Below, in pieces: positions 39,736 to 48,872 of a DNA stretch of 64,000 nt. Source of the DNA: an uncultured Acidobacteriaceae bacterium (GTDB lineage: Bacteria; Acidobacteriota; Terriglobia; Terriglobales; Acidobacteriaceae); assembly GCA_963850805.1 (NCBI GenBank), contig CAWKNF010000027.1:43201-107200 (forward strand), given 5' to 3'. Made by a program: the position numbers and the translations under genes. Under the pieces are notes generated by a model. It was not told the origin of the DNA. It was given only the letters and a program-made list of their open reading frames with translations, and did no database searches. Numbering within the stretch: the first letter of the stretch is position 1; the number at the start of each line of letters is the position of its first letter.

Positions 39736-41919
39736 GTGATCTTGAAGACCTCATCGCGCCAGTGTGGTCTGCGGAGAGCGTTGTTTGGGTTCGCCGTGTT
39801 CGCGGCGTTCACTTCTATTGCTCCGGCAGCACACGCACGTGCGCACCATTCCGACACCTGGGCGCGAGAGCATTTTGCCACAGCCGAGCGGATGCGCGAG
39901 GCGCTGAACGGAAGGCCTCCAGCGGACCGCACCCGGCGCGACTATCAGCGTGTGTTGAACGCCTACCGCTATGTGTATCTGGGAGCGCCCGCTTCCACCA
40001 AAGCCGATCCCAGCGTGGTTGCGGCGGCCGAGACGCTGGTGGAAATGGGACGGCGTTTCGACGACGACAAAATTCTGCACGAGGCCGTCGAGCAGTATAA
40101 GTTTCTGCGCCGGGAGTATCCCGGGAGCAAGTACCGTTTCGACGGGCTGTTCACCATCGGCGAGATTTACAAGGACGATCTCCACGATACGGAAGCTGCA
40201 CGCAACGCCTTCGAGGATTTTCTGCGCCGTTATCCGCACAATCGCCTGGCCGACGATGCGCGTCAGGCCATTGTCGAACTCGATCAGCAAGCGCAGGCCG
40301 AGAAAGCCGCGGAAGCGCGAAGGACTGCGGAGAAGAAACAGGCGGCGAAGAACGGCGGCAGCAACAAGAACGGGAGAGTTGCCGAGGACGGTCATGCATC
40401 TCAGTCTTCTCCTCAACAGTCTTTTTCTGGGGAATCTTCTCATCAGCAGTTCAGGAACGATGAATCGGCAGCGGCGCGTTCTGACCGCCTGCCGCGGGTG
40501 ACAGGCATCCGGCACTGGTCTACTCCCGACTACACGCGGGTTGCGATAGACGTGGATGGCGACTTGAAGTTTGAGTCTCAGCGGATCGACAACCCATCGC
40601 GCATTTTCTTCGATCTGCACAATACCAAGCTCGCCTCCACACTGGTGGGCAAGAGTTTCGACGTGGATGACGGTTTCCTGAAGAAGGTTCGTGTGGCTCA
40701 GTTTGTTCCGGGCAGCACGCGGGTAGTGCTCGAGGTCGACGACCTTTCCGATTACGACGCCTTTCTGCTGCCCAATCCCTACCGCCTGGTTATCGACATT
40801 CATGGCAAGGACGGGCAGGCAAAGCAGGTCAGAGAGAAAGATGCGGGCGAAAGCGCCTCGGCGGGAGCAGGTGATGGCGTTTCTTCGCCGAAAGCCGGCA
40901 CGGGCTACAGTCAAGAATCGACCGCATCTGCCTCAGAGACCGCTGCGACTCAGCAGCCGACCTCGGTCGTCAAGAAAATCGTAGAGGCTGATGACGACAC
41001 GAGCCCATCCGCGGCCGAAGTGGCCAGGCGAAATGCTCTACAGGTTAAGAGAGGATCGACGTCTGCGCGGAATGCTGCCGCGAAAAAGCAGACGGAGCAT
41101 GATCTTAATGGCGATGAGCTTGACGGCGACTCGGACGCTTTGAGCATTCGCGAGGCGAAGCCTACTGCGGGCGGCGACCGGTCGCTGATTCGCGCCCTGG
41201 GACTGAAGATCGGCAAGATTGTGATTGATCCCGGACACGGAGGCCACGATACCGGGACGATCGGTCCGAACGGACTGGAAGAGAAAGATCTCGTCCTCGA
41301 TGTGGGCCGGCGTTTGGGCAAGCTGCTGGAGACGCGACTGGGAGCGGAAGTGGTTTATACGCGGAAGAGTGACACCTTCATCCCGCTCGAAACACGGACG
41401 GCAGTTGCCAACCAGGCGCGCGCGGATTTGTTCGTCTCCATCCACGCCAACTCGAGCCGCGACCCCGACGCCCGGGGAGTTGAGACTTACTACCTGAATT
41501 TCACTTCTTCCCCGGGGGCGCTGGAAGTGGCGGCGCGGGAGAATGCGGTTTCGGAGAAATCGATCTATGAGTTGCGCGATCTGGTGAAGAAGATCGCACT
41601 CAAGGAAAAGATCGAGGAGTCGCGCGAGTTTGCCGGGGACGTGCAGGAATCGCTGCATAGCGGGCTGGCGGCGAAGAGTCCGGCGATTCGCGACCGGGGA
41701 GTGAAAAAGGCTCCGTTCATTGTGCTGATCGGCGCCAACATGCCCTCGATTCTCGCCGAGATTTCGTTTGTCAGCAATCCTGTCGACGAGCATCGGCTGG
41801 AGACAGCCGAATACCGGCAGCGCATCGCGGAGTCGCTTTACCGCGGCATCGCCAAGTATGCGCACGGGCTGAGCGGGGTCAAGGTGGCGAGCAAGATGGA
41901 TAAGGGCTCGGTGCAGTAA
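39736..41919 (+). CDS. N-acetylmuramoyl-L-alanine amidase (AmiC-like) with TPR-like and AMIN-like N-terminal regions
   Basis: Amidase_3 motifs IVIDPGHGGHDTG and FVSIHANS. AMIN-like GIRHWSTPDYTRVAIDV. Signal-like LFGFAVFAAFTSIAPAAHA. Start guessed at GTG 39736. The 39424-39735 extension overlaps the SLT gene. Confidence 0.82.
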   Translation: MILKTSSRQCGLRRALFGFAVFAAFTSIAPAAHARAHHSDTWAREHFATAERMREALNGRPPADRTRRDYQRVLNAYRYVYLGAPASTKADPSVVAAAETLVEMGRRFDDDKILHEAVEQYKFLRREYPGSKYRFDGLFTIGEIYKDDLHDTEAARNAFEDFLRRYPHNRLADDARQAIVELDQQAQAEKAAEARRTAEKKQAAKNGGSNKNGRVAEDGHASQSSPQQSFSGESSHQQFRNDESAAARSDRLPRVTGIRHWSTPDYTRVAIDVDGDLKFESQRIDNPSRIFFDLHNTKLASTLVGKSFDVDDGFLKKVRVAQFVPGSTRVVLEVDDLSDYDAFLLPNPYRLVIDIHGKDGQAKQVREKDAGESASAGAGDGVSSPKAGTGYSQESTASASETAATQQPTSVVKKIVEADDDTSPSAAEVARRNALQVKRGSTSARNAAAKKQTEHDLNGDELDGDSDALSIREAKPTAGGDRSLIRALGLKIGKIVIDPGHGGHDTGTIGPNGLEEKDLVLDVGRRLGKLLETRLGAEVVYTRKSDTFIPLETRTAVANQARADLFVSIHANSSRDPDARGVETYYLNFTSSPGALEVAARENAVSEKSIYELRDLVKKIALKEKIEESREFAGDVQESLHSGLAAKSPAIRDRGVKKAPFIVLIGANMPSILAEISFVSNPVDEHRLETAEYRQRIAESLYRGIAKYAHGLSGVKVASKMDKGSVQ

Positions 41920-41989
41920 TCCTTCCGGAACCTTTTTCCCTCCTCTGTGGTCTAATCATGGAAGGTGTTCTGTGCCCAGCGGTTCATCC

Positions 41990-43183
41990 ATGCTTCGATC
42001 AAAGTCTTTAGTCCTGTTCGCTATCGCAGTTTGTCTGGTGAGTGTTTGTCTGGTGAGCGCCGGCTTCGCCGCCGTCCCGGGCACGGATTCGCCTACGCCG
42101 ACAATCCTGCCCAAGCAGTTTGCCGGGTGGCAGATCCAGGGGACGGCTCAGGCCAGCAAAGACGCGGCTGCGGCCGACCCCACCAACGCCGCGCTGCTCA
42201 AGGAATACGGGTTCACGGATTTCGAGGCGGCTACCTACAAGAGTGATGACGGGCGGACGCTGAAAATCCGCGCTGCGCGGTTTGCCGATGCCAGCGGCGC
42301 GTTCGGCGCTTACAGTTTCTACCTGCAGCCGGAGATGGCGCGGGAGGAGATCGGCGACCAGGGCGCATCGGTGAATCAGCGGGTGTTGTTTTACCGCGGT
42401 CACATCGTGGTGGAGGCGGTCTTCAGCCAGTTGACGCCGATGTCACCGGCGGGACTGCGTGAATTGGCGGGCGTGTTGCCGCGGCCCGGCGGAAATGCAG
42501 GTAATTTGCCTCCGATCCTTGCTTTCATGCCGCATCATGGCTATCAGGCAAATACCGAAAAGTATGCGGAGGGACCGCTGGGGCTGGGGGCGATCGCATC
42601 TCCGCTGCCTGCGGATCTAGTCGATTTCAACGCTAGCCCGGAAGTGGTACTGGGGCAGTATTCCACTTCCGGCGGCGGAGCTACGCTGATGCTGATTGAG
42701 TATCCGACGCCGGCATTGGCTGCCGAACATGTGCGCCGTATCGATGCCGCTCAGCACGCGGCGCAACCCCAGGCTGGGGTTGCGGCCATCGAAAACGTTG
42801 GTCCGTTTTTTGACAAGCGCACTGGACCAATCGTCGCCATTGCGGCCGGTCCGCTCTCGCAGAGCGACGCCCAAACGCTTCTGGGTGCAGTGAACTGGGA
42901 CCCCAGCGTCACCTGGAACGAGAACACGTATTTCGACAAGAAAAACAACATCGCCAACCTGCTGGTGAACATTATTCTTCTGTGCATTATCGTGGGTGCG
43001 ATCTCGCTGGCGGCGGGAGTCGCATTTGGCGGTGCCCGCGTGCTCTTGCGGCGCTATTTTCCGGGTCCGGTGTTCGGCCGTTCCGACCAGGCTGAATTCA
43101 TTTCTCTCCACCTGGGAGAGACCGCAGCGCAAGGATCTTCGGCTCGCCCTCGGACTACGCCCGAGACCTCAAACGGTTCTTAA
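41990..43183 (+). CDS. hypothetical exported protein with C-terminal TM anchor
   Basis: Signal peptide MLRSKSLVLFAIAVCLVS... and C-terminal TM LLVNIILLCIIVGAISLAAGVAF. No motif recognised. Confidence 0.6.
   Translation: MLRSKSLVLFAIAVCLVSVCLVSAGFAAVPGTDSPTPTILPKQFAGWQIQGTAQASKDAAAADPTNAALLKEYGFTDFEAATYKSDDGRTLKIRAARFADASGAFGAYSFYLQPEMAREEIGDQGASVNQRVLFYRGHIVVEAVFSQLTPMSPAGLRELAGVLPRPGGNAGNLPPILAFMPHHGYQANTEKYAEGPLGLGAIASPLPADLVDFNASPEVVLGQYSTSGGGATLMLIEYPTPALAAEHVRRIDAAQHAAQPQAGVAAIENVGPFFDKRTGPIVAIAAGPLSQSDAQTLLGAVNWDPSVTWNENTYFDKKNNIANLLVNIILLCIIVGAISLAAGVAFGGARVLLRRYFPGPVFGRSDQAEFISLHLGETAAQGSSARPRTTPETSNGS
42029..42058 (+). repeat. 15-nt tandem duplication inside the signal peptide (VCLVS VCLVS)
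   Basis: gtttgtctggtgagt gtttgtctggtgagc, read directly. Confidence 0.85.
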
Positions 43184-43345
43184 GTGGCTCAGGAATATTG
43201 GCTTAGGGTGGTTTTCGTGGCGCTCCGTCTCAAATTGAAACAGTTGGGGTGCGTGTTGATTAATTCTGTAAGTTGTTGAAAATGAAGACATTTATTTCCC
43301 AAAAATTGCTTGACACCCTGCTTTTTCGGCTCATAAGATTTTGTC

Positions 43346-43440
43346 CATAGAAAGTTTTGACGGAAATCCAAGCCTCCGTTGGAACTATTCTCCCTTGAAA
43401 AGAGAAGGTCGCCCTGTTGCCGGGCGGCCTTTTCGTTTTG
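43346..43440 (+). ncRNA. candidate small RNA or attenuating leader (about 95 nt)
   Basis: Promoter-like TTGACA (43310-43315), 18 nt, TAAGAT (43334-43339). Two small hairpins (acgga..tccgt; ttctc..gagaa). Then a terminator: aaggtcgccc (43405-43414) / gggcggcctt (43422-43431) followed by ttcgtttt. No convincing ORF. Confidence 0.4.
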
Positions 43441-43550
43441 CCGGCACTTTTACTAAACTCTTACGCACGATTTGCGTATCATCTGTTGGGAATCGTCTGT
43501 TAGTCCAGAGGTGGTGGCAACGATCCGGTTTGCGAGTTGCGGAGGAAATT

Positions 43551-44051
43551 ATGTTCTGCGATGGATGTGGCACCACGGTGCAACCGGGCCAGGCGTTTTG
43601 CAGCCGGTGCGGCAAGCAAATTGTCGGGCCGGTGGCGGTGATGCAGCAGCGCCCGGGGCGGGTGCAGGGACACCTTCATTTACTCGGGATACTCTGGCTG
43701 GCCATCTCCGCGTTCAACACCCTGGGCGGGGTGATTCTGTACGTCCTGGCCAACACGTTGTTCGCTCATATGCACGAGATGGGAGCGCCTGAGGCGCCCA
43801 CGGCATTTCTGCGTCCACTGCTGAGTGTGGTCGGCATTTTGATACTAGCCAAGGCGGCTTGCGGATTCTTTGCCGGATGGGGATTGATGCAACGCGAACC
43901 CTGGGCTCGCGTGATCGCGCTCGTCCTGGGGTTCATCTCGCTGTTCAACGTTCCTTTCGGTACGGCCGTCGGCGTCTATACTCTGTGGGTTCTGCTACCC
44001 GCCCAGTCGCAAGAGGAATACGATGCGCTGGTTACCGCTCGCGCTGCATAG
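43551..44051 (+). CDS. zinc-ribbon membrane protein
   Basis: ATG 43551 preceded by GGAGGA. MFCDGCGTTVQPGQAFCSRCGKQI, then four hydrophobic segments. Confidence 0.7.
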   Translation: MFCDGCGTTVQPGQAFCSRCGKQIVGPVAVMQQRPGRVQGHLHLLGILWLAISAFNTLGGVILYVLANTLFAHMHEMGAPEAPTAFLRPLLSVVGILILAKAACGFFAGWGLMQREPWARVIALVLGFISLFNVPFGTAVGVYTLWVLLPAQSQEEYDALVTARAA

Positions 44052-44170
44052 TTGACGCTTTCCCGTCACTGGCCCCTGCGATTGTCCCAAGCACCGATGA
44101 AACAGAAAGCTGTCCCGCTGCACTGAAATAAAAAGATTCTAACCACACGCTGGACTTCGACAAGGTACGC

Positions 44171-45928
44171 ATGCCCCGATTGCTTTCAGTAAATGTCGGC
44201 CTTCCGCGCGACGTGACATGGAACGGCAAAACGGTCCGAACGTCAGTCTGGAAATCTCCGGTTACGGGACGCCGGATGGTGCGCAAGCTCGATATCGATG
44301 GTGATGCGCAAGCCGATCTCTCCGGTCACGGAGGGGAACACCGCGCCGTATTCGTGTACCAGATGGATTCTTACCATTACTGGGAGAGCTTTCTGGGCCG
44401 CAGTGATGTCACTTTCGGCCAGTTCGGAGAAAATTTCACCGTCGAGGGACTTCCTGATAACGAGGTGTGCATCGGCGATCGCTACCGTATCGGTGGTGCT
44501 GAATTTGAAGTAACCCAGCCGCGCGTAACGTGCTACCGCGTCGGCATCAGGCTGAACGAACCTCGCATGCCAGCACTGCTCGTAGCACATCACAGACCAG
44601 GATTTTACTTTCGCGTGTTGCAGGAAGGAGAAGTCGGAGCCGACGACGACATCGTAAAAATCGCCGATGGTCCAGAAAGGATCACGGTGGCCGACGTTGA
44701 CGCCCTCCTGTATTTGCCAGGACATTCCGACGAACTACTGCACCGCGCGCTACGGATTCCTGCGCTTAGCAAGGGTTGGCAGAGTTCGTTCCAGGCAATG
44801 CTCCAACAAGACTTGAACTCCAAAACTGTGGCCGGGAATCCGGGACTCGCCGATGAGGAACAAGCGCCAGCATGGCCCGGCTTTCGACCAATGCGAGTCG
44901 CGAATATTCGCAAGGAAAGCGATAGCGTAACTTCCTTCATTCTGGAGCCAATCGATGGGCACCCTCTTGCTGTCTGCCAGGCAGGTCAATTTGTCGTCTT
45001 GCGGTTGCTCGTCGATCCCGGCAAACCGCCGGTTCTTCGCAGCTATTCGCTGTCTGATCTGCCGGCCGCCGATCATCTACGCATCAGCGTCAAGAGCGAA
45101 TTGAATGGAGTTGGAAGTTCATTTCTGTGCAACCGCGCGCGAGAAGGCGATCTGTTAGATGTTAGTGCGCCGCGCGGTAGCTTTACTCTGCGTCCAGGCC
45201 AGAATCCTGTGGTTCTGCTGAGCGCTGGAGTCGGCGCGACGCCCGTAATGTCGATGCTGCACTCACTCGCTGCGGAAAGATCGCAACGAGCGATCTGGTG
45301 GATCTATGGAGCGCGCAATAGCGTTGACCATCCATTTGCAGAAGAGTCGCGTTCATTACTGAAACAGCTGGCTCGCGGACGAGGATACATCGTGTACAGC
45401 AGGCCCGCTGCAACTGACCACGTCGGGACAGACTTTGATGCTCCCGGGCACATTGACATAGCTTTGCTGGAGAAACTTGGTGTGTCAAAGGGTAGTGACT
45501 TCTATCTGTGTGGCCCCTCGTCATTCTTACAGAATATGCGCGATGGGCTGCGGAACTGGGGTGTGCTCGCCGGGAATGTGCACACGGAAATCTTCGGTTC
45601 TCTCGAGGCGATTACCTCTGGTATGGCGCAGGTTGTTCACACCCCTCACGCGCCACAAGGGCCGCCTGGATCTGGTCCCCCAGTCTCATTCGCGCGCAGC
45701 GGGATTACGGCCGCCTGGGATCGTAAGTTTGCGAGTTTGCTTGAACTGGCGGAAGCGTGCGACGTTCCGGTCAGATGGTCGTGCCGGACCGGGGTCTGCC
45801 ATACCTGCATGACCGGTCTGATTAGCGGATCGATTACTTATAACCCTGAGCCGCTGGAGAGGCCCGCTCCCAGGAACGTGCTCGTATGCTGTTCCCAGCC
45901 AAACGCGGGCGTCACTTTGGACCTTTGA
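44171..45928 (+). CDS. MOSC domain / FAD-NAD(P)-binding reductase / 2Fe-2S ferredoxin fusion protein
   Basis: MOSC-like N-terminus (DLSGHGGEHRAVFVY...GENFTVEG...VTQPRVTCYRVG). FNR-like RSYSLS and GVGATP. C-terminal CRTGVCHTC 2Fe-2S motif. Confidence 0.85.
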   Translation: MPRLLSVNVGLPRDVTWNGKTVRTSVWKSPVTGRRMVRKLDIDGDAQADLSGHGGEHRAVFVYQMDSYHYWESFLGRSDVTFGQFGENFTVEGLPDNEVCIGDRYRIGGAEFEVTQPRVTCYRVGIRLNEPRMPALLVAHHRPGFYFRVLQEGEVGADDDIVKIADGPERITVADVDALLYLPGHSDELLHRALRIPALSKGWQSSFQAMLQQDLNSKTVAGNPGLADEEQAPAWPGFRPMRVANIRKESDSVTSFILEPIDGHPLAVCQAGQFVVLRLLVDPGKPPVLRSYSLSDLPAADHLRISVKSELNGVGSSFLCNRAREGDLLDVSAPRGSFTLRPGQNPVVLLSAGVGATPVMSMLHSLAAERSQRAIWWIYGARNSVDHPFAEESRSLLKQLARGRGYIVYSRPAATDHVGTDFDAPGHIDIALLEKLGVSKGSDFYLCGPSSFLQNMRDGLRNWGVLAGNVHTEIFGSLEAITSGMAQVVHTPHAPQGPPGSGPPVSFARSGITAAWDRKFASLLELAEACDVPVRWSCRTGVCHTCMTGLISGSITYNPEPLERPAPRNVLVCCSQPNAGVTLDL

Positions 45929-45972
45929 GAGAAGAAGAGAAGATCTTTGAGAGAAACGGGAGGAGTCTAATC

Positions 45973-46578
45973 ATGCGTTCTGATATCTTGCCCGGAGGCA
46001 TTTTCCCCAACTACGAACTGCCTGATCACACGGGCAATCTGCGCAAGCTCAGCGAGCTACAGGGCGATGATCCGCTGATCCTCACGCTTGCGCGCGGCCA
46101 CTATTGCCCAAAGGAGCACCAGCAGCATCTGGAACTCGCCGCGTTCTACCCGAGAATCGCGGTGGCGTACACCCAGATCGCCACGATCGCCACCGACGAT
46201 CACCATACTCTTCAGGAATTCCGTGCGTCAGTGGGAGCCCAGTGGACCTTCCTTTCGGACCCCGACCGAACCATTCAAAAAGATCTCGACATCCAGGAGT
46301 ACACCGACCCGGAGCATAATCCGATGATCCCGCATACGCTCGTGCTCAAGCCAGGCCTCGTGATCTACAGCATCTATAACGGCTACTGGTTCTGGGGGCG
46401 TCCATCGGTCATCGATCTTTGGCACGATCTGCGCGTCGTGACGAGTGAAATCCGCCCAGACTGGGATCTGAGCAAACCCGGACTCCGTGAGGCATGGAAC
46501 ACCGGGGATCTCTCGCCTTTCCACGGGTGGAACAAGCAGGCCAGTAAGGAAGATGCCTCAATTGTACGGAGCAAATAG
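45973..46578 (+). CDS. redoxin / peroxiredoxin-like (AhpC-TSA family) protein
   Basis: ATG 45973 preceded by GGGAGGAG. FPNYELPDHTGNLRKLSEL...LILTLARGHYCPKEHQQ thioredoxin-fold pattern. Confidence 0.7.
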   Translation: MRSDILPGGIFPNYELPDHTGNLRKLSELQGDDPLILTLARGHYCPKEHQQHLELAAFYPRIAVAYTQIATIATDDHHTLQEFRASVGAQWTFLSDPDRTIQKDLDIQEYTDPEHNPMIPHTLVLKPGLVIYSIYNGYWFWGRPSVIDLWHDLRVVTSEIRPDWDLSKPGLREAWNTGDLSPFHGWNKQASKEDASIVRSK

Positions 46579-46786
46579 CACAGCCACCAACTTCGATCTA
46601 CTGTGGAGCTGCAACATTGAATTCTCGGGAATCTGTCGGCTGGCGTGCTTGCTTGACTTAGCGAGCAGCTACCGCGGCCATGAAGCATTCCGAAGCTCAG
46701 ATTGCTCAACAGTAGCTGCACAGCAAGAACCAGCGAGCGATTTGATAAACTGGGACAGTCGTTCGTTTGGACGATCTCACCAAGAA

Positions 46787-46824
46787 GCCGACGTAGCTCA
46801 GTTGGTAGAGCAGCCGATTCGTAA
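46787..46824 (+). pseudogene. truncated tRNA-Thr(CGU): 5' half only
   Basis: GCCGACG-TA-GCTC-AGTTGGTA-GAGC-A-GCCGA-TTCGTAA gives the acceptor 5' strand, an intact D-arm, the anticodon-stem 5' strand and loop (anticodon CGT). The following bases (cgcact...) do not pair and no T-arm follows. Confidence 0.75.
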
Positions 46825-46876
46825 CGCACTCAGCCTTGCGTATGTTGTTGTGAAGTATGGTGGGCTCAGGGTGGTT

Positions 46877-47227
46877 TTAGGGGGTTCTAGGGTGTCCCTG
46901 AGCACCTTTTGTACAGCGTTTTGTACAGCAATTGGACTTGCCGATTTCAGATCGGCTGGTCTTTGCTCTTCCTTCGCTCCCCCATTCACTACAGCACGTC
47001 CCGCTCAAACCCCGCATCAATTTTTGCCGTCCAGTTTGAATTGCCGCCTCGATTGCCAATTCCTCCGTGGGAAATGTGTCAGGCAAATAGAACTGAGTCT
47101 CAGTCACGCCGGAGGCATCATGTTCTTCGATCCAAAGCTCCGCCGAGAATCTCGCATCCTGTTGCTCGTATGAGCGTGCCTCGATAACGTAGCCCTTGTA
47201 CCCCTGCCTGCTTTTCATGACCCGCAC
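46877..47227 (-). CDS. small hypothetical protein (3' part doubtful)
   Basis: The N-terminal 70 aa look protein-like (YKGYVIEARSYEQQDARFSAELWIEEHDASGVTETQFYLPDTFPTEELAIEAAIQTGRQK). The Cys-rich tail runs through non-coding-looking repeats. A 1-nt shift near 47025 would give ..KIDAGFERDVL-stop at 46989-46991. Confidence 0.4.
   Translation of the reverse strand: MRVMKSRQGYKGYVIEARSYEQQDARFSAELWIEEHDASGVTETQFYLPDTFPTEELAIEAAIQTGRQKLMRGLSGTCCSEWGSEGRAKTSRSEIGKSNCCTKRCTKGAQGHPRTP
46907..46929. repeat. tandem TTTTGTACAGC x2 (TGTACA palindromes 12 nt apart)
   Basis: Read directly: ttttgtacagc g ttttgtacagc. About 85 nt inside the island from the tRNA break. Confidence 0.8.
46940..46961 (+). other. 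degenerate second copy of the tRNA-Thr anticodon arm plus variable region
   Basis: GCCGA-TTTCAGA-TCGGC-TGGTC reuses exactly the anticodon-stem sequence of the truncated tRNA (GCCGA/TCGGC) and forms a hairpin. No D- or T-arm, so it is not a tRNA. Confidence 0.45.
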
Positions 47228-47328
47228 CCCTCTACATGCAATTTATCGCACTTGGACGCTCGGCAGACTTGCAGCAGCAGCTCCTGTACTTCTCCCTGCC
47301 CAAATTAGGAGTTGTCCATCCATCCCAG

Positions 47329-48102
47329 TTATCGTTTGTCGAGCACCCGACGAAGCCTCGCCGCTTCACTATCTAATCCCGCTTTCTGAAGCGCATAAAT
47401 CGCATCCCAGACCAAACGGTCTAATCTCTGAATCTCCGCCTCCCTCTGAGCTACCGTCGCGTCGTACCCAGCCCACTGACGGAGCAGCGCCCATGACGCC
47501 CGGTACTCGTTCAGGAGAGACACGATGTACTCCTCGCCCGGTGTTGCAGCCTTCCGGCTCCATTCTCGTTCCGTGACCTCAACCTCAACCAAGACAGTTG
47601 AGGGTTCCGCTGTGCAAAACTTCCGAGCGAGTTCCAGTGCATAGTCGAAGGGCAAGTGAATCGTGCCCTTACGGCCTATGTACATAGCGGGCGAGTTCGC
47701 CGTTTGAGTCATGCCCGCCCTGTGCCTGACGCGCTCCAGTGCATCGGGCGATCCTGAGAGCACACCTCTGCAAAACTGAATCCCATCTTTAACGGTCTCG
47801 AACACCTGCTCGACAGCCTTGGTGAGTGGTGACTCAGGAATGTAGCCGTAGGTTTCGTTGTGCTCTCGAAGACGCTGCGCCTCAGTCTCTTCTTTGAGAA
47901 AAGCTTTGTGCTCTTTCCAAACGCAGATCAGTTGACCTGACTCAACGTAGTGAACTAAACCGGGGTTTGGGTCAATCCATTCAGCTTTCCATTTATTCCC
48001 GCGAATGTGTTCGATGATCCTTATTCGCTGAAACGGAACTCCCGGCAATCGCTTCTCGCGCAGGGCATATTCAGTTCGAGGTTTGATTTCAGATTTCAGC
48101 AT
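47329..48102 (-). CDS. hypothetical protein
   Basis: 257 aa from ATG 48100-48102 (MLKSEIKPRTEYALREKR...). No motif recognised. Divergent from the FmdB-like gene. Confidence 0.55.
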   Translation of the reverse strand: MLKSEIKPRTEYALREKRLPGVPFQRIRIIEHIRGNKWKAEWIDPNPGLVHYVESGQLICVWKEHKAFLKEETEAQRLREHNETYGYIPESPLTKAVEQVFETVKDGIQFCRGVLSGSPDALERVRHRAGMTQTANSPAMYIGRKGTIHLPFDYALELARKFCTAEPSTVLVEVEVTEREWSRKAATPGEEYIVSLLNEYRASWALLRQWAGYDATVAQREAEIQRLDRLVWDAIYALQKAGLDSEAARLRRVLDKR

Positions 48103-48264
48103 TGCTGGATTGTTTCCTCCGCAAGGTGCGTCCATTGGCCAGAACCAAAATCCACAAAGCCAAATTTTGCCCTCCAATCTGCTTAATTGTCGAGAGACCG
48201 TCACAAGCCGTTAGCGCTACAATTTCAACAATAGGTCGTGATCGCAATCGAGCGGGAGGTTCCC

Positions 48265-48429
48265 ATGCCCGTGTACGACTACGTTTGCAATGTTTGTCAC
48301 AAACCCTTTGAACGGGTTCTCACCCTGAAGGAACGCGAACTAGAGGCGATATGCCCCAACTGCGGCACCAAGAACGTTGAGCAAGAGGTCACCGCTTTTT
48401 ACGCCGTGACCGGGAAGAAGAGTAGTTGA
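48265..48429 (+). CDS. FmdB-family zinc-ribbon protein
   Basis: MPVYDYVCNVCHKPFE...CPNCGT (CxxC...CxxC). ATG 48265 preceded by GGGAGG. Confidence 0.75.
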   Translation: MPVYDYVCNVCHKPFERVLTLKERELEAICPNCGTKNVEQEVTAFYAVTGKKSS

Positions 48430-48455
48430 ACCGGAAATAGCCAAGCGGTGCCGTC

Positions 48456-48523
48456 TGGCGAAGTTGGTGGGTTTTGCTTGCCCCTGGGATTCTAGTGGCG
48501 CGTGGCGAAGTTGGCGGGTTTTG
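48456..48523 (+). repeat. 21-nt imperfect direct repeat, 47-nt period
   Basis: tggcgaagttggtgggttttg (48456-48476) versus tggcgaagttggcgggttttg (48503-48523), 20/21 identical. It lies in a 440-nt non-coding gap between convergent genes. Confidence 0.8.
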
Positions 48524-48872
48524 TGCGCCTCAGATGAAACTCAAACTGAAGGCACGCGTCAACCGCTCAGATGCTGCGTTGAGTCCATGCCCCAGTGAGC
48601 TTGGCACGCATGGCGCGGTTGACCTTCCCAGATCAGCAGCAGGACTTCAGACGCAGCGGAGCACAGTGTAGCAAGCGAATGTGACGGGAATGTTAAGTTC
48701 CTGATCCCTTGCTCCCAGACTAGATGCTGAAACGGCGGAGGGTGAACTCTTGGGGCAGCCCTCAGGAAGGCGATTCTGGGGGGATTTGGGCAGTCCGGAG
48801 GGGTTTGGGTCGGGTCAGGCGTTCAATGGGTGCAGGCAGCCTTTGTGACCACCCCTAACGGCGATTGCGAGG

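Noticed and set aside
46787-46961. tRNA-Thr interrupted by a group I intron, with the 3' exon at about 46951
   Set aside because: The intervening 116-126 nt are too short for a group I intron. The downstream ATCGGC-TGGTC is not followed by any T-arm or acceptor 3' strand.
46383-47173. ORFs 46383-46829 (-) and 46487-47173 (+) spanning the tRNA fragment
   Set aside because: They read through a tRNA-derived sequence and repeat-containing non-coding DNA. The translations are low-complexity with no motif.
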